Shown here: one piece after another, positions 52,001 to 61,000 of the stretch
Position numbering within the stretch: the stretch's first letter is position 1
Layout: each line of letters opens with the position of its first letter
Assembly: GCA_002633005.1 (NCBI GenBank)
Contig: NMRA01000206.1
Span: 269,250 to 333,249, forward strand
From: Phoronis australis
Taxonomy: Eukaryota > Animalia > Phoronida
Direction: 5' to 3'
Length of the DNA stretch: 64,000 bases
The notes under the pieces: generated by a model
Databases searched by the model: none
Seen by the model: the letters and a program-made list of their open reading frames with translations, nothing else
What the model was told of the DNA's origin: nothing
Made by a program: the position numbers and the translations under genes

Positions 52001-55000
52001 CCAAGTGAGAGATAAAACAATTACACAAATCAGTAATAGTTCACGAGGATACAGCTCAGCTTCAGATCACACTAACAACATTTCAACCTAAAACCATCGC
52101 TCTCCTCAAACATATCTTAACCATAAGTATCCATATGGTGCAAATGTTAGTAAGGACTTCTTGTCTTAGTATCATCTTAGCATACTTAGGTCTATTTTAA
52201 GGGCTTTTGACTAGAAAAGAGTGCAGGGTAATAACGTAAACAGTATTTCACCACAGGTGTCTGGTTCATCCTCCCCGGTCGGACAATCTTCGTGTCCGTC
52301 ACAGTGCCAAGAGTTAGGGATACAACGGCCATTGTTACATTGAAAGTACTCCGCTGTAAAGAGATACATCAAAACAATGTAGGTGAAGTTGAGCACTTCA
52401 AAGCAGATGATAACACATATGGAGACACAATTAATGAATGAAACAGACGAGTATGTCATATCATCGTAACTGTAACATAAAGGGCTTTTAATATATTACC
52501 AAATATTCACATAAAAAACCACAATATCCCCTACATATTTTAGTGCAGCCAGGCCACAGCATTTCACACAATCCCTTGCACATGGCCAAATTTTATGAAA
52601 CTGCGATAATTTCAATGGCTCACATATTGGTGTACACCTCCTGGTGGCACAAAAGAGAGGATCTTCATCGGAGTTATCTCCACAATCATTGTCACCGTCA
52701 CACATCCATGCTGACAGAACACAGATATTGGTATGGCTACACTTTTCACGTCCAGGAGCACAGGTAGTTGGCGCTGAAGAGAGGTCAGTGAGTACACAAG
52801 GTTATATGAGGTCAATGGGTACATAAAGGTAAGTGAGAAATGTTCAAAAGTTATTTAATTGAAGGGAATTATTGTGAAGAAACTAAAAAATATGGCAATG
52901 ACTCATGAGATCATATTGCACCATGCAGATAACAAAGAGGGGTCAACAAGTACAGGAAGAAATAAATGAATACATTTATGTTTGACATATGCCATGGAAA
53001 TAACTTAGTCAGCATCGCGGCTTAGTTTCCAGTAAGAATGCTTCAAAAATGACTACCAACTTATCACAATTATAATGACAAAATTAATAATTTATTCATA
53101 AAAACATTCAACTCGTGAACAGAAACAACATTTCCTAACAACTATACACCAACAGCTTGCTGCTGTGAAGGTTTGTTGCATTCAACTTACGACAGTTTCG
53201 CTCATCTGTGGCATTGCCATCACGGCAGTCATCGTAACCATCACAGAGATAGTTCAGTGGTACGCACTTCTGATTTGTGCAACGTAACTCCTCTGCAGTG
53301 CATTCTGGGTAAGCTACACATAGACAAAACAAACATCTATAGAAGACAGGTTGCTCATGGGCTTCAGAAATTCCAATGAACACATTATATATACAGGACA
53401 TAGTGTACGTGCATATAGATACATGAGGTAGTTTGTTATGGTTTTTGTTTGAAAAAATAATACATGAGAGCAACATAGAACTGTTTGATAAAGATCGGAC
53501 AAAAATGACAGGAAAGTTTCAGAAAGTCTTGATAAATTTCTTCAAAAGTGCACTTTAAAGTGATGTAACTGTATACTCACAACATCCTTGTTCGTCAGAG
53601 TTGTCACGGCAATCATTGAAATGATCACAGACCATATCGTTACGAATACACCTGCGATTATTACAGGTGAATTGATCTGAAGTACATGTGTGATCACCTG
53701 AAATGGAGTTTTACATGTACTAGTTGAAACACTATTATAATTGTTTTAGACTCACTCTTTGATTCATGTTTTCTATACTAGAGAGCTCTCTCTGTCTACG
53801 TCCTGTCAGAGCTATGTTGATATATTTCGTCAAAAATTTATTACGATTCTTTATTGCCTTCAACAACTATGCATAACAAAACACTTTTGTTTCTAAAGCT
53901 GAACATACATGGAAGCTAACTTGGAATAAAGCCTGTAATGATAGAGAAAGCCACAAGGTGGAGCTAAGGGGAAATGCCAAACACTCAGGGTTTGACAAGC
54001 CAAATGAAAATCATGAAATTCGGCAGAAGTGATATAATTCATTTGGGGAAAATCTTTCTGTGTTCTGAATTAAAAAAAGGATATCTTTAACTAACAGTAT
54101 TACCACAATAGATGGGGTTCTCGTCAGATCCATCGTCGCAGTCCCTGTCCACGTCACAAGCATAGCTCATGAATATGCATTGTCCTGATGTACATGTAAA
54201 TTGACTACTGTGACATGTTGAGTTTGCCGGTACGCACATACGACCATTGTTAGCTAGTTTCGTTCCATTCCTTGTACACAGACATTCAGCTGTGCCATCA
54301 GCTCCAGGGTGGCAGACGTCAGTGCAGTAGCCATTTTGTTCAAGGCATGGACTGCTTGTACCTAAGAAATGGTTGGTAAAAGTTTATTTTGTTTAAAAGG
54401 ACGTAATAAGTTTTACAGACGAAAAACACATTTTGGGATTAATGTTGGTTGCTTTGACCAGAGTTACGAAATGTTTCAATTTGTGATTTTATTTCAATAC
54501 GACTGCTTACAGTAAGAATTTGATTTTGTATTGAGGCAATCTCAGGAAACTAGTTTTTTTGCCAGTTATGTCACTTTAAAATGGCTATAACATTAGATCA
54601 CTTACCACCATAATAGTGTTCTCAACTCGTCCCTAACTCTGGTTTCTGGGCTTAGAAAACCTGACAGTTGCTTAATTCTAGAGACTGTCACATGCTCAGT
54701 GCATAAAATGGCACGGCAAACCATGCTGTAGAGCATGGTGTTGAGCAATGTACTGTCATGTAATTTGACTATGAAACAATATGAGACTAATTTCATAACA
54801 ATTATTGGTCACAATCAAAAGTTAGTTTTTGAGATAGAAAGCAGTTTTATAGCTGCTGCTTTAAATAAAAATTTTGTGTGTGATAAAACAATTTTCAGGA
54901 AACAGTTGACATCCGGTACAAAAATTATAATTTATTATAATTGCTAAATCTCACTTTTGAACATTTTTCAAGGGCTCAATTCATGGGTGCAAATGTTGAC

Positions 55001-58000
55001 AATTTTACCAAAAGCTGCTTGACGATGACTGACCTGTGCGTACGATACTGACAATGAAGTAAAACTTACAGCTTTGACGTTGTCCAGTGTAGACGTGAAT
55101 GTCAAATGGGTAACTAGGCAAGTCGTTCACTAGTTCCACCACGTTCCCTCCCGTATATTTGTCAGCTCGAAATACTCCAGCTGGAATGAATACAACAGCA
55201 ATGTTGAACTTCAACTTGAAAACAAGATATCTTCATTTGCACTTTAATGCTAACATGCATACATACGGCAGACTACAAAATTTAAGCCTTCATGGTTTTT
55301 GCCAGTGTTCAGTGACACTTCATTTGGCAAATAAAAATGAAAGAATGCCCCGTTTTGAAAGTAACCTGAACAAAACAACTTCATCCTACCGATGCTCTAG
55401 GCAAGTCCTTAAGGCAAATCTTCATAATGGCATTTTCAGGGCTTGATTTTCGATGCTTTTAGAAATGATTTCTCTTATAATGCATGGGTCAATTCTCGTG
55501 AAATTTTATGCACTAATAGTTTATGGTCTATGATCAGAGGAACTTTTTTGATTTTCCTTTGAACAACTGAGATAAAGACTCGGGACATTTTTAAAGAAGG
55601 GTTTTAATTGTTGATATCTCTCAAGTTTGAAGGTAACTAACAACGTGTAACGTACCAAACTCCCAATCCGTCCAATAGATGTGTTCACCAAACAAGGTTA
55701 TGGCAAACGGGTGATACTCAGAGCTCAGGAGTACTTGACGATTACCACCCAGTGTGTTTGCTCGCTCAATGGTGTTCCTGAAGAACATGTCACAATAATA
55801 ATAACAATAACAATAAAAATAACAACTGTTACAATAAATTATACTAAAGAGGCGTGGAATGCAGAAGCTAATCAACTACTACATTTACTTACTTTTCCCT
55901 GTGAGGAAATTTCCAGAAAAAAAATCTCAAAATTCATGATTTTTGAAATGAGCGCAAAGGAAAAACTTTCTAGTCACCACAGAGTTTCTAATCTCCCTTC
56001 CACATATGATAAATGTGAGCATGCGTTCACAGCCGTTCGACAAACAGATGACTGACAAGATGGATATAAATGGTATCGTAGATTATCATGTGTGGTCGCA
56101 CTCTAAACCTGAAGTAGACAGCAAAGTACGAGACAAGTCAGTGAAGTAAACGGTTTTCCAAAAACAATTCCAAGCGCATTTTAGAATATATTTGAATACT
56201 ATAACTAATTTTAAACAGTTAGTACTTATATCAATTGCTTCTTAGTCAAGACTGGCTGCTGTGTGAAGTCACCATTGTTTTGTTTACATCAAAAGACAAA
56301 GGATACATATTCCACGTAAGGGATATGTGCCAAGTCATTGTCTTGCCATACCAAATAAAGAGACATGCTTTGCCTTGTGGGAGAAAAATTGACGAAGTGA
56401 CGAACAGCTTTGAGGTTTGAACCCAAAACAAAAATGCTTTAACATCAACATAAATTCCAAATTATTTACGTACAAAACATAAAATAATATACGTGGTGAA
56501 CAGATTAGCCTCCGTTTCAGCGGAGACAACCAGTCAATTTAGTCTGTTTGCACATTCCGGGCCTCTTTAATTCCGAAACAATCTCATTCATTCATCAAAC
56601 ACAATGCAAATCAACAATTTATACTAATAATAATAATAATAAAAGTTGTTGCGGCAGTAGTGCATTAGCTAGATGTCATATCAAATACAAACTAAAAATC
56701 CAATACTGATCACAGGGCCAAGTCTTCATAATTTACCAAATAAAAATATAACTTGTTCAAACATTACCAGAGTGTCCAAATGAATGCAACAGAAGCTCAG
56801 ATCATAATGGTGTGAAGCGAACAAATTAATTGTAACACGAAATTCCCGTAAACTTGAATGACCTATATGACTGAAATCTTTCAGGGAGAAATCAGAGGGT
56901 CATTGACGGGTAGAACACCACCTTCCGGCAAAGTCAGAGAACCATAGCCCCAAGGAATCTGTGTTGAAATCTTACAAGATTTTCAACTTGAATCAACGGG
57001 AATCATCTACACATCAGGATCATCTTCCTGTTCTGGGGCATTCGCAAAGTTATTGATCAATTAAGGATTATCACACATTGACCAACAGATGGAGTGACTA
57101 AAAAGAGCTGGACAAGGCGCCACCTATGACAAGGAGACATAACTGGTATTACAGAGCATGGTGCTGACTGCAGAGAATACTTTAAAGCAAAAGGCAACAC
57201 ACAGTATTTTCACTAAACACAACTCACCTGAGTGCATCAACCCAGTACATAACATTGTCCTCAAAGTCAATGGTCAGACCGTTAGGATGTTGGATGTCCG
57301 TTGTTATCAGCCGTTGTTGTTGGTTACCTGCCATGGTAGCCTTACCAATATAGGCACCAGGGGTACTCCAGTCTGTCCAGTAGAGGAAACTGAAAAAAAC
57401 ACAAGGAAATCTACTAACATGGGGAAAGTAGACTCACTAAAGGGAAATAGTCACTTCCAGGGGCCCTGGATTAGGAGAACCAGTTTAATTATCATTATTT
57501 CAGTGGAGAAAACTGGTTCTCAAAATGCGGGACACCTGTGAGTGACTATTACTTACTGAGGCCAGTAATTACTAGTTGAGTACAGTTTTGTCTGCATGCT
57601 AGCGCCACCTGTTGCCAGGTTAAGCATAAATCTCACAGTACAGCAGTGCACCCTCAAACAATGTGCAGTATTCAACACACTGGACTTGCAGATTTTTTTT
57701 TCAGTAAATGAACTATATGACATTGCATAACACAATAATTGAGAAAATATTTCAGTTTTGAAATTGCGTTTAAAACACAGCTTCACTACAAGAAATCTTC
57801 ACTTCCAAACAACAAACTTTGTCACTTTGTAATTGACATGTTTTCTTCATTATTGACGTAACCCAACTCAGGTCCGTTGACTTTAGCCAAGATACCGTCT
57901 TATTTTCAGCAATTTTTTAAGTCCTTATAATATTTCTTTCACAACTTTCAACCAGCATAACGATTTTGCTGCAATATTTTCTTTAGCATGTACTTGCCCA

Positions 58001-61000
58001 CGACATGGGTCGACAACAACAGCTCTGGGCAGGTCTGTTCTCAACACGACCACCTTGTCGCGACCATCCAGCGTGATGGCGGAGATTTCACCAAGAACAG
58101 AGTCAGACCAGTACACCTTCTTATTCACCCAGTCAAAGGCCACACCTTCCGGAGAGTTGATGACAGGATCATGACCTCCAGCTGAAAAAATGAAGAAAAA
58201 GTTCTGAGATTGAACCTATCCATGTCATCAATATTTCAAATTATATTGACCATAAAGATGTGGACTAAAAAGAAGTCGATGTGACCTAGTGAGATAAGTG
58301 TGCTTCCTTTACTCAGGATTATGGGTTCAAGTCCAACTGGGGTACACTGTTGGACCCTTGAGTCAGGTCCCTAGCTCCTCAGCTCCTTAGCATAAAACAG
58401 GTTTCAGGTGATCAGTGCAATCGGCCTACCTGAGAAACCTGCACACGTCTGGTACAACGTGTACTAGAACACTTAAAATTAATTTTATGCATTAGACTGC
58501 AACCAGAAACCAGAAGCCAACAGAAATAAAGGAAAATTGATGTTGTTATCTTGTATCTTTTTTTCAATTTTCTATGGGTACCAAAGGTTGGATGCCCCAA
58601 TGAAGGTGCCACGGTGCTAGGCACTACTAACCAGTTACATTCCCGTGAACCAGAAAATCGCGTACACCACCCGAACCATCGGTGTAGACTCTGCTGAGAC
58701 GGCGTGACCCAATTTGAGAGAAGTAGATCTCCTTGTTAGCATAGTCAAAGTCGAGCGCAACAGCGAAGCTGAGATTGACGATTGGCTGAAACGGTAGACT
58801 GCGGTCTTCTGGGTCTAAATGGAGGCTACGAATCTCTGAGCCCATGGCGTATACGAGGTACTCAGTAAGCTCTGCAAGAATATGATGGCTAAAATTGCGA
58901 AGGTACTTGGCGTAATTTGACAAAGCTTGACAAGGTTGATAGTAAACAGTCATTTTGAACATTTAAATGCTTCAAAGCTAGAAATACTATGCATGCAGTC
59001 TTAGCAACCAATGAACTGTAAACTTGGATAATACTGAGTGGCGTTCCCTTTTGTTATCTGATTATCATATACTCACAAAATTGGTCAAAGCTTGATAACA
59101 TATTATACAAGCATGCTAACTGAATACAACAACCAAGGAAAGGTGAAACTCGAGAAACGTTGCCCAACCCACACCACAACATCAGATAATTTAGTACTTA
59201 CAGCCTGGGTTACTTTAATTTCCAGATACTTACAATCGGGTCAAAATTTCAAGACCAACTCCTATATTATACAGACAAACAATGTTTAAAACTGTGAGGA
59301 ATGATACTTCTAAAGAGTGGCACGTTTCAGTTACAAAAATGCCACAACAGGACATTGCCTCACTCCCAAATCTAACTGGGGTGAATGCTTGGAATAACTC
59401 CCAGGACAGACATCACACGTCGCCGAGTACTATAAACATACCTTCAACATCCCATCCACAACTGCACAAGGCAAATAGTCAGACTAAATCTCACCACACA
59501 ATTTCCAAAGCATGAAAACATCCATTTCAGACAAAGTTTCTGACCCAAAATACAAAACGAACATTATTAAACAATTATCAAAAGCGTTCATCTTTGTTGA
59601 CCTCAATGAATGTCTCATAATAATTAAGAATAAAAAAAGTTATTTTGTGACCACCTACCTTCACAAGTACGTCCATCAGATGACAGGCGTCCCGTGGCAC
59701 ACTGACAGGTGACGGGTGTTATAGTCGTTACACCAGGTAGAGAGAAACAGAGCTGTTCACATCCACCGTTGTTTACGCTGCAGCCACTTGGTATGGCTAG
59801 AAGGAAGATAGACGTGCTCTCTAGAGTACACAGATGGAAGGTGTGTTAAGTCCAAAAATAAGTTTGTGCAGACTGACGGAATAAAACTGTGTTCAGTTTC
59901 CAATTACGTTTTACTTTGAATTCATAACACTCTACCTTTAGTTTATTTTCTGTAGTATTGAAACAAGGACCAGTGGCCTAGTTTACTGGAAATATGTTAA
60001 TTATATAAAAGACGAAATTTTATGCCTTTTCCATTAAACTATTACATATTAATCACTCACATTTCCTTTGATACATTCATGCAGTGGAGAAAAGGGCATG
60101 AAGTGATTTTGTGAATTTTCATTGATTCCATTACCTAACATTATGCCGAAACAAATTGGTGGTAATTGACCAGTAAAATGGCTCACAGTATTTAAACAGT
60201 ATCAAGGTGATACCTCTGGTGCTTGATATCAAAATAACGTTATTTCAGTCTGTCTGGTTAACATGATAACCTTATTTCAGTCTGATAACTCTATCGCGTA
60301 CAACATGAATTCAACGAAAGCTTGCGATTAAAAAACGCCTAACATTGGAAATCCCAAAAACCTATGACCCAATTATCACTCACAAGGTACAGGCTGGGCG
60401 CGACGATCAAACATGGCAATATCTCTGACAGTGTTCAAGTTGGCTCTCAGTACCTCTGGTGTGGAAGTGTTGCCTGGCAGTTTACTGGCTTTAAGAACCT
60501 GCAACGATAGCAAAATACTTAAACACAAAAACAAATCCTCCAGTACAGTTATAAATGTGAATGTTGTCATTTGTGCCACGGCACACATAACATTCACATG
60601 TATAACACAGGGTGATTCGCCCGAAACAGGCCCCTAACATTTACAAAATGTTCTTTTCCAACTGAGGTAGGGACTTCAAATTTTGTAAACATTTGATTTC
60701 ATGTATTGAGCTCATGCAGACATTGAACATTTTTAATGCTAGCATTTTGTGGTGTCTTGATGTTCTTTGAATTTAGTCCAACGAAGCACGTGAAGCATGA
60801 AATAACGTTTGCAAAGATGGTCTGGTTGAGTCGACAGGCGACATAACTGAGAGAAGTCTTACAAACATGAATTCAAGCGCTTTTACAGTTGGTGCTGGAA
60901 ATGATCCCCATCAGCATCTAAGCACAACTCCATGCACATTTCCAAACTGAGAAACACACGTTGCTCTATGGAATATGTCCGTCGAGTGCATACACTGCTA

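Noticed and set aside
56880-57140. Possible Penelope/GIY-YIG retroelement relic
   Set aside because: Only faint, frameshifted resemblance; cannot be supported without a search.
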